A stretch of DNA of 64,000 nt from Candidatus Latescibacterota bacterium. Lineage in GTDB: Bacteria > Latescibacterota > UBA2968 > UBA8231. Positions 29,206 through 38,433 of this stretch are shown here, piece by piece. Within the stretch, counting starts at the first letter, position 1. Each line of letters begins with the position of its first letter. The stretch is taken from the NCBI GenBank assembly GCA_965243025.1, contig CBDETY010000003.1, positions 3,552,001 to 3,616,000 on the forward strand, in the 5' to 3' direction. A program made the position numbers and the translations under genes. The notes under the pieces are model-generated. The model saw only the letters and a program-made list of their open reading frames with translations, was not told the origin of the DNA and made no database searches.

Positions 29206-32200
29206 CGGGCGACCGCCATGCGCACGATGACGTGGCCGCGGCTGCCGTCGGCGGCGCTCGCCTCGAGCCGGCACAGGTAAAGCCCGCTTTCGTAGTCGCC
29301 GGTCCCCCAGGTGATTTCGTTTTCCCCGGGTTCCGCCTGCGGCGATCCGGCGTTCCACCGCCGCTTTTCCACCCGCCTTCCGATGGCGTCGAACACCTCG
29401 AGCTCGAGATCGGCCGGCCGGCTCAGAAAAAAGCGCAGGTGGGCGCGGTCCAGCGAACCGACCGGATTGGGGTAGCAATAGGCCCTGTCGGCCGGCAGCA
29501 GGGCGATCCCGGGCAGGGCGGCCGGGGAGCGTCCTCCGCGCACGGCGCGGCTCCCCTGCGCGTCAGCGGCGCCCTGGCCCCAGGCGGCGGTTCCGCTCCC
29601 GCCCAGTGCGGGAGAAAGGCTCTCCGCATCCCATGCATAAGCGAAATCTCCGGCCAGGGCGGCGATCTCCAGCCCTCCGTCGCCGTCGAGGTCGGAGGCG
29701 ACCGGCGTCGAGCCGACTGCCGCTGCCGTCAGCACCGGGAAGCCGCCGAGCTGACCGCCGCCGTCGTCGATGGCGGCGATCGCACCGGCGCTCGCCGCCA
29801 CGAGGATCTCCTGTCTTCCGTCCCCGTCGAGGTCGGCCAGCAGCGGCTCCCACTCGGTAGTTCCCAGCTTCTGGTGCCTCGGGAACTCCACCGGAAACGA
29901 CGGCATCCGGTGGCCGTTCTCCCGCAACAGATCGACGGCGGCTCCGGAAGCGACGGCAATCTCGAGGGAACCGTCGCCGTCGACGTCTCCGAGGGCGGCG
30001 GGGGCGTCAGCTCCGTGCGGCAGCATCGCCTGCCAGAGGACCTCCCCTTCCCCGCTCAGGGCGGTGACCCTGCCGCCGGCGTCGACGGAGATGATCTCCC
30101 CGCCGCTGTCGCCGCCCAGGTCCCCGGCGACGCTCGGCAACAGCGGGCCTTCGCCTCCAGGTTCCCAGATCCTGCGGGGTCCCTCCGGCCCCAGGCCGGA
30201 AACCGCGTCCGGCGTGGTGACCAGCAGCAGCGCGGATCCCCCGCCGTCGGGCAGCAGGCCGAGGGCCACCGCTCCGGTGAGGCCGGCACCAGCCAGTACC
30301 TCGCCGGTACCCGCCTTCAGCAACTCGATTCTCGAGCCGGTTGCCACGGCCAGGACCGCCTCGGGCGACAGGCCCCCCGGACCGCTGTAAAGCCCGAGAA
30401 CCGCCTCTTCGCCGAGACTCGCCGACCACAGCGGCCCGTCTTGCAGCGGAAGGGATGCGGCGACTTCCCCTCCTGAGGCCACGAACACCGGACCGGGTTC
30501 CCCCGGCCTCCCGGCAGCGGCGGCGAGGTAGGCGCCGGTAAAGGAATCGGAAACGGTTGCCCGACCCCCGGCGAACAGGTGAACGCCCCGGTCGTTTTGC
30601 GCCAGCAGCTCAGCGGCCCCGTCGCCGTCGAGGTCGACCGCCTGCAGCCGCGCCCCCGCCGGCAGGCTTCCCGGCCAGCCCGGAAGGGGGCCGTCGAAGC
30701 TGATTCCGACCGTCATCACGTCCTCGAGAGAGGAGATTACTTCGATGCGAATGCCGCTGGCGACCCCGGTGTTGGCGCCGCTGTTCGGCGTCGTGCCGGG
30801 ACCGAACAGGGTCTTCGACCGGATGCCGCCTCGCCCTTCCCCGGCAAAGAAGGGATCGGCCGGACTGCCTTCGGTGACGTCCTGGCGGTCGAAGAAGGCG
30901 TTGCCGATGTCGCGCCCGCCGTCCGCCTCCTCCAGCGCGATCCCGGGGAAGACGCGGTCGTTGTTGATTCCGCCCTCCGCTTCCCGGGCGGCGATCACCG
31001 CCTCGTCGACGTGCCAGATCAGGATCCCGGACCCTGGAACGAAGGCGTCGTACTCCTCGACCCCGAGCCAGACCCCGGCCATGTCGCCCCCATCCGAATC
31101 GCCCGACCCGGAAAACTCCACCTGATCCGGCTCGATCCAGGTCACCGCGGTTCCCGCGAAGGGCGGCTCGACCCCCTCGGGCAGGTCGGCGTTGCCGCGG
31201 CGCTGGCGGTTCCCGATCAGGAAATACTCCGTCGCCGAAACCGGCACCTGCACCGCCTTGTGCTGTCCCGGCGCAACCGTGCGGTCCGTCGCCGCCACCG
31301 CGACCGCGGTATCCCGCCGCACGACGAGCGGTTCGATCCAGCCGAGACGGGCCTTGCTCCAGGCCATCGGGTGGGGGGGCACGAACCCGAACAGAGTCTC
31401 CAGCTCCCCTCCCTGCAGCAGGAAACCGACCCGGTTGGGACCGACGTCCATCAGGCTCCAGCCTCCCGCACCCGGCAGACCGGCGGCGAAGTTCGACATG
31501 CCCGGCAGCCCGAGCTGGTGGCCGAAGAACTTCGCCATCAGGCCGTTGAGCCCGGCGCGGCCGCGGTCGTCGGCCGCCTCCGGGAGGATCCACGCCTCGC
31601 GGATCCCGGCGCCGTCGGCGAGAACCGGACCCCCTGCGGCACTGCTCTCGAAGTCGTCCGCCGACAGGAACACCGAGAGTATGTCATTCAGATTCTGTCC
31701 GGTCTCGTGCCCGTAGCCGGCATGCAGGAACAGATAGCTGTCGAACCGGGAAAAATCGGGACCCCCGGGATCGGCCCGGGCCAGCTCGACGGCGTCGCGC
31801 ACGAGCTGAACCCACTTGTCGTTTATCTCCTGCGGCGAGCGGCCGTTGCCGTACTGCAGGGCCGGCTCAGGCAGGGTGTAGGCGTCGTTCAGGCCAGCCG
31901 GGAAAACCTCGTGCTCGATGGCGACGCGGCCTTCCGAAACGGTCCGGTAGTAGCGGCCGAGAGCCTCGAGATGGCGCTCGAAATAGAGGCGGTCGTGGGG
32001 TGGAAGATCGTAGGGGAATTCGTAGTCCTGGAGCGCTTCGGAGCTCGTGCGCAGGTCGAATTTACCCAGGCCGGAGGTCGAAGGTTCGTCCGGCTCCTCG
32101 AGCGGGAAGTCGACCCGGATCGCCAGGACGCGCCACGTCGCGGCCCCGTCCTCCTGTCCTCCGGCCCCGGTCGCGAGGAGGAGGGCAGCCGCCAGTGCAG

Positions 32201-32237
32201 GCGCGCGTCTGCCCGGATGTCCGCGGAGCCTCCTCAG
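29202..32237 (-). CDS. M6 (immune inhibitor A)-like pseudo-peptidase + FG-GAP/VCBS repeats + T9SS CTD; probable CTG start at 32237
   Basis: Frame is open 145 codons upstream of the track start and encodes a signal peptide plus VLAIRVDF..PPHD..YF...L...YY..VS.G. Also FLHAG.G, WSLMD.G, AWSK..LGW, EYFL..NR, GILIWHVDE, multiple DLDGDG repeats and YPNP CTD. HExxH is replaced by KFFGH. Confidence 0.85.
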   Translation of the reverse strand: MRRLRGHPGRRAPALAAALLLATGAGGQEDGAATWRVLAIRVDFPLEEPDEPSTSGLGKFDLRTSSEALQDYEFPYDLPPHDRLYFERHLEALGRYYRTVSEGRVAIEHEVFPAGLNDAYTLPEPALQYGNGRSPQEINDKWVQLVRDAVELARADPGGPDFSRFDSYLFLHAGYGHETGQNLNDILSVFLSADDFESSAAGGPVLADGAGIREAWILPEAADDRGRAGLNGLMAKFFGHQLGLPGMSNFAAGLPGAGGWSLMDVGPNRVGFLLQGGELETLFGFVPPHPMAWSKARLGWIEPLVVRRDTAVAVAATDRTVAPGQHKAVQVPVSATEYFLIGNRQRRGNADLPEGVEPPFAGTAVTWIEPDQVEFSGSGDSDGGDMAGVWLGVEEYDAFVPGSGILIWHVDEAVIAAREAEGGINNDRVFPGIALEEADGGRDIGNAFFDRQDVTEGSPADPFFAGEGRGGIRSKTLFGPGTTPNSGANTGVASGIRIEVISSLEDVMTVGISFDGPLPGWPGSLPAGARLQAVDLDGDGAAELLAQNDRGVHLFAGGRATVSDSFTGAYLAAAAGRPGEPGPVFVASGGEVAASLPLQDGPLWSASLGEEAVLGLYSGPGGLSPEAVLAVATGSRIELLKAGTGEVLAGAGLTGAVALGLLPDGGGSALLLVTTPDAVSGLGPEGPRRIWEPGGEGPLLPSVAGDLGGDSGGEIISVDAGGRVTALSGEGEVLWQAMLPHGADAPAALGDVDGDGSLEIAVASGAAVDLLRENGHRMPSFPVEFPRHQKLGTTEWEPLLADLDGDGRQEILVAASAGAIAAIDDGGGQLGGFPVLTAAAVGSTPVASDLDGDGGLEIAALAGDFAYAWDAESLSPALGGSGTAAWGQGAADAQGSRAVRGGRSPAALPGIALLPADRAYCYPNPVGSLDRAHLRFFLSRPADLELEVFDAIGRRVEKRRWNAGSPQAEPGENEITWGTGDYESGLYLCRLEASAADGSRGHVIVRMAVAR

Positions 32238-33286
32238 AACGTCAGGTTCAGGGAGAAACGGGTGTTGTCCTCCATCGGCGTGTCGTCACCCGTCACGTAC
32301 GCCACGTCGACCTGGAACATGTTGTATTTCAGTCCCATCCCGAACGTGGGGAATTTGAGCTCGCCGTCGTGGTCCCACCTGTATCCGGCCCGCAGCGCGA
32401 GAAACGACTGGTCCTGCTGGGCAGACAGGCCGTAGCGGTACTCCCCGCCCACGTGGAAGTCCATTTCCTCGATCTCGTTGCCGAGGCCCTCGTCCGCCCA
32501 CGCCTTCACCAGGTTGCCGGCGAACGAGCCGTCGGCGATCAGGGGTTTGTAGAGATCGAATGCGAGCAGGACGTCGTGGTACTCGGCGTCGAGCAGCTCG
32601 TAGGCGAAGCCGGCGACGATATGCTGCGGAAGGGGATCGGCCTGGCTCGGGTCGATGTAGGCCATCTTGGGGCCGAGATAGCGGAGCGCCGAGCCGAACG
32701 TAAGGGCCGGTGTGATGTCCCAAAGCATACCGAGGTCGGCGGCAAAGCTGCTGCCGACTCCCTTGCCGCGCTCGATTCCCGCACCCTGTTCGGGAGAGAG
32801 GCGGCTGTGGATGAACTTCAGGCCGACGCCCGCCTTCATGTTGTCGGAGACGTCCGCGCCGTAGGCGACGCTGACCGCGAACTCGTTGCTCGAGAAGGTC
32901 CCGAGCACGTCGTCGGGCCGCTCACCCATTCGCGTCTGCTCCCCGAGATTCATCCAGATTCCGTTGATACCGACGTTCCCCCAGCCCTCGACCGGTTGCG
33001 AGTAGGCGACGAACTCGTACGACATGTCGTCGGCGAGACCGGGAAGCCACTTCGCATGAGTCAGGTGGAGCTTGCGCTCGGTCTGCCCGGCGAGGGCGGC
33101 AGGGTTGAAGTAGCTGGCGTTGTCCTCGACAGCGACGTACGACTCCCCCATCGCTATGGACCGCGCATCCGGCTTTATCAGGAGGAAGATGACAGTGGCG
33201 CGGCTCTCCGAGGTAGCCGAGGCGGGTTCGGCCGCGGCGGCCAGCAGGGAGACGGTCACGCACCAGGCGGCGAGTTTGTCAAGCAC
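32234..33286 (-). CDS. porV: Type IX secretion outer-membrane shuttle PorV
   Basis: FLLI.PDAR...MGE...A.....YFNPA.L, H..WLP.L..DM, G.....DLG, ALRAGY, P..NT.RFSL..F; immediately downstream of porU. Confidence 0.85.
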   Translation of the reverse strand: MLDKLAAWCVTVSLLAAAAEPASATSESRATVIFLLIKPDARSIAMGESYVAVEDNASYFNPAALAGQTERKLHLTHAKWLPGLADDMSYEFVAYSQPVEGWGNVGINGIWMNLGEQTRMGERPDDVLGTFSSNEFAVSVAYGADVSDNMKAGVGLKFIHSRLSPEQGAGIERGKGVGSSFAADLGMLWDITPALTFGSALRYLGPKMAYIDPSQADPLPQHIVAGFAYELLDAEYHDVLLAFDLYKPLIADGSFAGNLVKAWADEGLGNEIEEMDFHVGGEYRYGLSAQQDQSFLALRAGYRWDHDGELKFPTFGMGLKYNMFQVDVAYVTGDDTPMEDNTRFSLNLTF

Positions 33287-33440
33287 TTGTGGTTTCCTCC
33301 TGAGGTTTCACTTCGAAATCTGCTTCCGCTTCGTTACCGCCCTGAAACGGGTGCCGGGCATTCGTTTGCCCGGGCCGGCGGCAGGAAAGGTCCGCGCCTT
33401 CCTTCGTTTCCGCGATCGGGACTTTCCCCGGGCGCAGCGG

Positions 33441-36400
33441 TCATTTCATCACCTGGATGGCGGCCTTCCTCTCGATGCGCCAGCCATCGGCGAGCTCGAC
33501 CTCTACCTGGTACAGGTAGGTGCCGTTGGCGAGCTCCCCGGGAGGAGTCCAGGCCACCTGGTTGAAGTCGGCATGCCCCGTGCCGGAAAGCTCGTCGACG
33601 AGCGTTCCGGCGAGCGAGAACACCCTGATGCGGACAGATTCCGCTGCATCTTCGAGAGTGTACGTGAAGTCGCCCCTGTCCCGCATCGGGTTCGGGTGGA
33701 ACAGCAGCCGGGAAAGCACCCCGTCCTCCGCCTCCGAGACACGCACTTCCGCCTCGACCTGCGACGAGTTGTTGAACGTGTCCCAGGCCTTGAGACGCAA
33801 GGTATGGGTACCCGGTTCCATGGCGGGCAGCGGGAACTCGAGGAGGCCGCTGCGGTAGTCCCCGGTATTGTGGAAGTGCTCGGTGACGATGAAGCGCGCA
33901 CCGTCCACCCGGAGCTCCATTTCGTGCCCGGTTTCCCCGGTTATGTTGATGCCGTTCCGATCGCTGATCACAGCTTCGAGGACCGCTTCGCCGGGGATGG
34001 TGTCCCCGCTTTTGAAACCATCCTTCCCCTTGAATCCAATCGCAATCTCGGGTCCGGTCTCGTCGGCGGAAACGCCGGTCGCCGTGCCGGCGAGAACCAG
34101 GCTGTCGACCGACCCGAAAGCGGCCCGGGCATGGTCACTCCAAACATAGGCACTGACCCGGCCGTTGTCCTCCTTGTAGCTGATGTCCTTGGGCACGCGG
34201 AAGGCGGTCTCGAAACGGCCCCCTGCAACCGGTACCAGGCCGCGGAAAATCGGATTCCCGATTCGGTCGTAGGAGATATCGTCCAGCTTGCTCCTCGTAG
34301 TGGAGTCGAACGCCTGCACGAGGGCGGTTCCGGTGAAGTCTTCCACCGGCCGTCCGTCGGAGTCGAGAATCCGGCCGGCGACGCGGACCTCCTCGAGCGC
34401 CCGGACCGAATCCGGCACCTCGATGGCGACGACGTACCGGGGTCTGGCGAGGCGCAGCGCCGGGTCGCCGATCAGGCAGTAGCGCTGCATGTTGGTGCGG
34501 TCGTCCTCGTTGCCTGTGATGTTCTGCTTGGCGATCGTCAGCGCCAGTCCGAGAGGCAGGTGACTCTCCCCCGATCTGTACATCAGCCGGTGGAACTCCC
34601 GGGCGAGGTACATGTTGCTGCTGTGGAATCCTACCCGGGCGGCCGATATGAACCCGATCACCCCGCCGTCGGCGCGGTTCATCAGAACCTCCGGGATCGA
34701 CTGCTGGTTCGGATCGTCGAACACCCCGACCTGGCTCGCGGCCGTGTACATGAACGGCAACCGCCTGCCGTTGTCGATCAGGTCGGCGTCCCTTGAAAGC
34801 AGGAACATCTTCTCGTGGGCGAGCACGTCGAGGCTCCCGTGTCCGAGGTAGGTGACAATCAGCGCTCCCTCGTTGAAGCGGCGCACGAAGGCATCCCTTG
34901 CCTGCGGCTTGGTGCTCCCCTCGAGCGGAAACTGGGCGATGTAGAGCTTGACGAGATCGAGGTCGGCAGGGAAGAAGCGCTTCGCCAGCGACTCGGCGTC
35001 GAGGATGAAGTAGGATTCCCTGAGTTCCAGTTTCGACGGATGGCGCAGGTCGTCCGCCACCAGCAGCACCCGGCTCTGCCATGGACCGACCTCCGGGTCC
35101 GAGTCGTACGAGATCAGCTTGTCGACCACCCCCTCCGCCTCCGTTGCCGACTGCACCGGCAATCTGCCGATGGCCAGGTCGGGAATCCGGTCCTCTCCTT
35201 CGACCCGCACGTACCATTCGTCGAACATGCTTATGCCTTCCTGGTACGCCGGCATCCAGTTCGGGTGGCTGGTGCCCGTGCTGTTCTTGTAGTCGTAGGT
35301 CCCGTCACCCATCAGGCAGATGAACCAGGGAGCAGGGTCCCAGTTGTCGACCGCGTAGTTGACGAACGACCGGATCGCCATCGGATCGACCAGCCCCCCG
35401 GAGAACTCGTCGTACACGTCCTCGACGTCGACCGAAATCGCCCGCATCGGTCCGAAACGGTCCCCGGCGGCGCGCCACTCCGCCAGGCGGTCGGCGGCGG
35501 CGCGGAAATCGGCATGGGTGAGAACGATGTAGTCCGCGCCGTTTCCCGGGGTGCGCAACCTGCTGGGGAAATCGAGCCGTATGTTTGCCGGCCGCTTCCA
35601 CCGGGAGGGCGCACTGGCGATGTATCGAGGCGGAATTCCCCCGCCTTCGAACCGGTCCTGGAAGACCGCGGTTCCCGCGGTCCCGTCCCAGTCGAAACCG
35701 ACGATTTCCCTCGGCCACCCCAGCCCGGAGATCGCGAAGATCCGGGGTTTTCCCTCTTCGGCGAACCCCGACAGAACAAACTCCGCCGTTACCGCGTCCT
35801 CATTCTCAAGCATCGCCGACGGCGGCCAGGCGAAGGTCAGCTCGCCCCCCTCAGCCGACAGCCGGCGGTCGAATTCGACCTCGATCCAGTCCAGGCGCGT
35901 CCCCTTGTTGTCGCGCTGGAAGATTCCGAGCTGATTCAGGCCCTCCTTCGGGCCCTGCGGGGCCCGCGCCCGGAGGGTGGCCACGAACATGCTGTCCATC
36001 CTTGCCTGTCCTGCCAACTCGTCGTTCCAGTACAGATCGAACCTGTGGACGGCTCTCTTCGATCCCCAGAAACGGACCCGGATGTCGACGGGGGTCCCCG
36101 GGACCGCTTCGCGCACGATCACGGAAAAGTTGCGGGCGTTCCCCCCGAAGTCCTCCCAGTACCAGTCGTAACCGGTCTTTATGCTCCACGTCAGCAACCG
36201 GATCATGCGGTCGTCCTCGAGATGGATCCGCTCGCGGTAGCTGTCGATCCGGCGCGCCGAACCGTTGTCCAGAGCTCCGCTGCTTCGACTCATCCTGAGA
36301 CCCTCCACCTCGGCGCCGGTATCGAGGAAGTAGACGTTCTCCTCGGTGAAGGGATTCTGCCGCCAGAAATACTGCTTCGCGTCGCGCCCGTACTCCCAGC

Positions 36401-37379
36401 GTTGGGTCGCCTCGCCGTAGAACAGCAGGAAGTCGTCCGCGTCGAAGCGGCCGTCGCCGCCGTCCTCGACCAGGACCGGGATTTCGCGGCGGGAGATACC
36501 TGGGATTACGGCGCGCTGGAGACCCAGAACCCGGCCCCCTCCGTACAGCATGCGCAGGCGTTCCGGGGCAACCGTCTCCAGATCGATGCCCGCTTCGGCC
36601 AGGGCGGCCCCGGTGACTTTGTACATGCCGTTGCTGCGGACCGTGAGCCTGAGCACCTCGCCGCTCAGCGTCTGCTCATCGGTTGCCTTGCCGGCCCCGG
36701 GGCTCCCCGCCGGGAGACGCCAGGACCTCGCCTGCTCGTAGTTGACGAGGGTGTTGCGGTACAGCAGCTCCCCCCACTTGTCGGGCCGGGAACGCCGTTT
36801 CGATCCCGGAGAGCTGGAAAAGCGCAGCTCGACCTCGATGCGGTCGAAAACGGTGAGTTCCTCGCCGTCGAGCCGGGGTCCGAACCCGACGGCAACTACT
36901 TCCTGCCTTCGCAGAAGGCCGCGTTCCCCGAGCGCGACCGGGCCCTGGACCAGACCCGCGAAGTGCTCCACCGCCCCGGGCGCGTGGACTCGTGCGGCGA
37001 CGCGGGCTTCGATGACCTCCATCTCGACTTCGCTGTCCGGGGGAATGCCGACGGTGCAGCTGCGGTGGAGGTCGCGGAGGTGATCGAAGGCGATCGGCTC
37101 GACCGAAGCGGGACCGGATGGAGTCTCGGGCCCGGCCTCGTAGAGAAGGCGCACGCTGCCGGGACCGTGCCCGGTCATTTCGGCAGACGCCGTCCAGGAA
37201 CTGGCCAGGACGGCTCGGGCATGGGAAAGCTGCCCGGCGAGTCCGGCGGGGGTTTCAGGCCCGCGGGGCGGGGGTGAGTCCATTGCCGGCCAGGGGGGCT
37301 GCGCTTCCACCGCCGCGGTCAGGGCCGCGAGCGAGAGGACGAGCGCAATCCCGTCCCGCGGAGTACGGTTGAAGATCAC
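33441..37379 (-). CDS. porU: Type IX secretion sortase PorU (peptidase C25/gingipain family) with CTD
   Basis: G.YKVTG..L, L.YGGG, FYG...W.Y, ADYI...F..AA.RLA..R, VYDEFSGG..DP.AIR.F, GDG.YDYK, IGRLPV, YLGHG, LIGDPA, D..GPEI, L.LKAWD..NNS, PNP CTD. Confidence 0.9.
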   Translation of the reverse strand: MIFNRTPRDGIALVLSLAALTAAVEAQPPWPAMDSPPPRGPETPAGLAGQLSHARAVLASSWTASAEMTGHGPGSVRLLYEAGPETPSGPASVEPIAFDHLRDLHRSCTVGIPPDSEVEMEVIEARVAARVHAPGAVEHFAGLVQGPVALGERGLLRRQEVVAVGFGPRLDGEELTVFDRIEVELRFSSSPGSKRRSRPDKWGELLYRNTLVNYEQARSWRLPAGSPGAGKATDEQTLSGEVLRLTVRSNGMYKVTGAALAEAGIDLETVAPERLRMLYGGGRVLGLQRAVIPGISRREIPVLVEDGGDGRFDADDFLLFYGEATQRWEYGRDAKQYFWRQNPFTEENVYFLDTGAEVEGLRMSRSSGALDNGSARRIDSYRERIHLEDDRMIRLLTWSIKTGYDWYWEDFGGNARNFSVIVREAVPGTPVDIRVRFWGSKRAVHRFDLYWNDELAGQARMDSMFVATLRARAPQGPKEGLNQLGIFQRDNKGTRLDWIEVEFDRRLSAEGGELTFAWPPSAMLENEDAVTAEFVLSGFAEEGKPRIFAISGLGWPREIVGFDWDGTAGTAVFQDRFEGGGIPPRYIASAPSRWKRPANIRLDFPSRLRTPGNGADYIVLTHADFRAAADRLAEWRAAGDRFGPMRAISVDVEDVYDEFSGGLVDPMAIRSFVNYAVDNWDPAPWFICLMGDGTYDYKNSTGTSHPNWMPAYQEGISMFDEWYVRVEGEDRIPDLAIGRLPVQSATEAEGVVDKLISYDSDPEVGPWQSRVLLVADDLRHPSKLELRESYFILDAESLAKRFFPADLDLVKLYIAQFPLEGSTKPQARDAFVRRFNEGALIVTYLGHGSLDVLAHEKMFLLSRDADLIDNGRRLPFMYTAASQVGVFDDPNQQSIPEVLMNRADGGVIGFISAARVGFHSSNMYLAREFHRLMYRSGESHLPLGLALTIAKQNITGNEDDRTNMQRYCLIGDPALRLARPRYVVAIEVPDSVRALEEVRVAGRILDSDGRPVEDFTGTALVQAFDSTTRSKLDDISYDRIGNPIFRGLVPVAGGRFETAFRVPKDISYKEDNGRVSAYVWSDHARAAFGSVDSLVLAGTATGVSADETGPEIAIGFKGKDGFKSGDTIPGEAVLEAVISDRNGINITGETGHEMELRVDGARFIVTEHFHNTGDYRSGLLEFPLPAMEPGTHTLRLKAWDTFNNSSQVEAEVRVSEAEDGVLSRLLFHPNPMRDRGDFTYTLEDAAESVRIRVFSLAGTLVDELSGTGHADFNQVAWTPPGELANGTYLYQVEVELADGWRIERKAAIQVMK

Positions 37380-37619
37380 TTGGGTGGGAACTTCAAGGTC
37401 TGGAGAGAGTTACCGGTTCGTATCTCGAAAGGACGCTCGAGCCTGGCGCGGGATCCACAATTTCGGGAATGCCTCCGGCCGCCGACAGATTCCGCACCGC
37501 CTCCGATCCGTCCGGCCCGGCGATTTTCCGCCTCGAGGCGACTCCCCCCGCAGCCTTGGGCCTGCCGGTTCATCGGCGGCGTTCGCCCTCTGAGTACGTT
37601 GGCCCAGGAGACCCCGCCT

Positions 37620-37661
37620 GTCAAGGCGTTCCTTGACGTATCTTCTTGTCTCCTCTATGTT
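37620..37661 (+). promoter_or_regulatory. rpmB promoter within a palindrome of back-to-back -35 elements
   Basis: TTGACG (37633)-17-TATGTT (37656). GTCAAGG-CGTT-CCTTGAC palindrome also gives TTGACA on the minus strand toward porU. Confidence 0.6.
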
Positions 37662-37685
37662 TCTGTCTCTTCAGGAGGTCGAAAA

Positions 37686-37913
37686 ATGGCTCGTGTGTGC
37701 CAGGTAACGGGCAAGAAGGGAATGGTTGGCAACCATGTCAGCCACTCCCAGCGCAAGACAAAGCGGGTTCAGCTGCCGAATCTCGTCAAGAAGCGGATTT
37801 ACATACCCGAGAAGGACCGCACAATCACCCTCAAGCTTACGGCCCGGACGCTGCGGACGATGAACAAGAAGGGGGCTCTCCGGGTTCTCCAAGAGAACGG
37901 AATCAAAGTGTGA
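37686..37913 (+). CDS. rpmB: 50S ribosomal protein L28 (lacking zinc-ribbon cysteines)
   Basis: MARVCQVTGKK..VGN.VSHS.RKTKR..LPNL; AGGAGG RBS. Confidence 0.97.
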   Translation: MARVCQVTGKKGMVGNHVSHSQRKTKRVQLPNLVKKRIYIPEKDRTITLKLTARTLRTMNKKGALRVLQENGIKV

Positions 37914-37956
37914 CGCCGGCCGGACGGTTCCGGCCCCGCCTCTGATTGTTTCTGCT

Positions 37957-37992
37957 GCCCGGGGATGCCTGGTCCTCGGGCTTTTTCTTTTT
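37957..37992 (+). terminator. Intrinsic terminator of rpmB
   Basis: GCCCGGGGA/TCCTCGGGC stem followed by TTTTTCTTTTT. Confidence 0.85.
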
Positions 37993-38127
37993 CGGGTAGG
38001 CCGCGCCAGGCTGGTGACGCTCCGCGCCCGGTTAACCCGGGTCGGTCTCCGCTCCGTACCGGCGATTCGGGGATTCCCGAGGTTCCGTCAAGCCTCCCGC
38101 GATCCTGCCGGCCGCATTCTTCCCAGC

Positions 38128-38433
38128 TCAGGAAACCAGGTCCCTGATCTCGCGCTCGATCCGCTCCTCGCGGACCTGGTCGATCACCTCCTTGAAGCAC
38201 CGCGCCGCCCCGGAGGCGATCAGGCGTTCGACGGCCTCGATCTCTTCCTCGGAGTACAGCCCCGATTCCCTTGCCAGTCTCATGTATTCGCGCCTCTCGC
38301 CGTCGTCCAGACTGCATATCGATCCGAGCATGTCGAAGAGCTTGTAGGCCGCCTCGCTTTCCAGGCAGCGATCGACGATGAGCGCAAGACGTTCCCTGCG
38401 AACCTCCGCTGAATCCTGGTCGACCGGTTCCAC
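38128..38433 (-). CDS. Small acidic helical hypothetical protein (101 aa)
   Basis: GTG start after GGAAAGGGG; host-like codon usage limited to the 3' part of the 245-aa track ORF. Confidence 0.65.
   Translation of the reverse strand: MEPVDQDSAEVRRERLALIVDRCLESEAAYKLFDMLGSICSLDDGERREYMRLARESGLYSEEEIEAVERLIASGAARCFKEVIDQVREERIEREIRDLVS

Noticed and set aside
37686-37913. Zinc-free L28 as a Zur-regulated paralogue
   Set aside because: It has a strong constitutive-type promoter and no Zur box was seen; Cys-less L28 is common as the sole copy.
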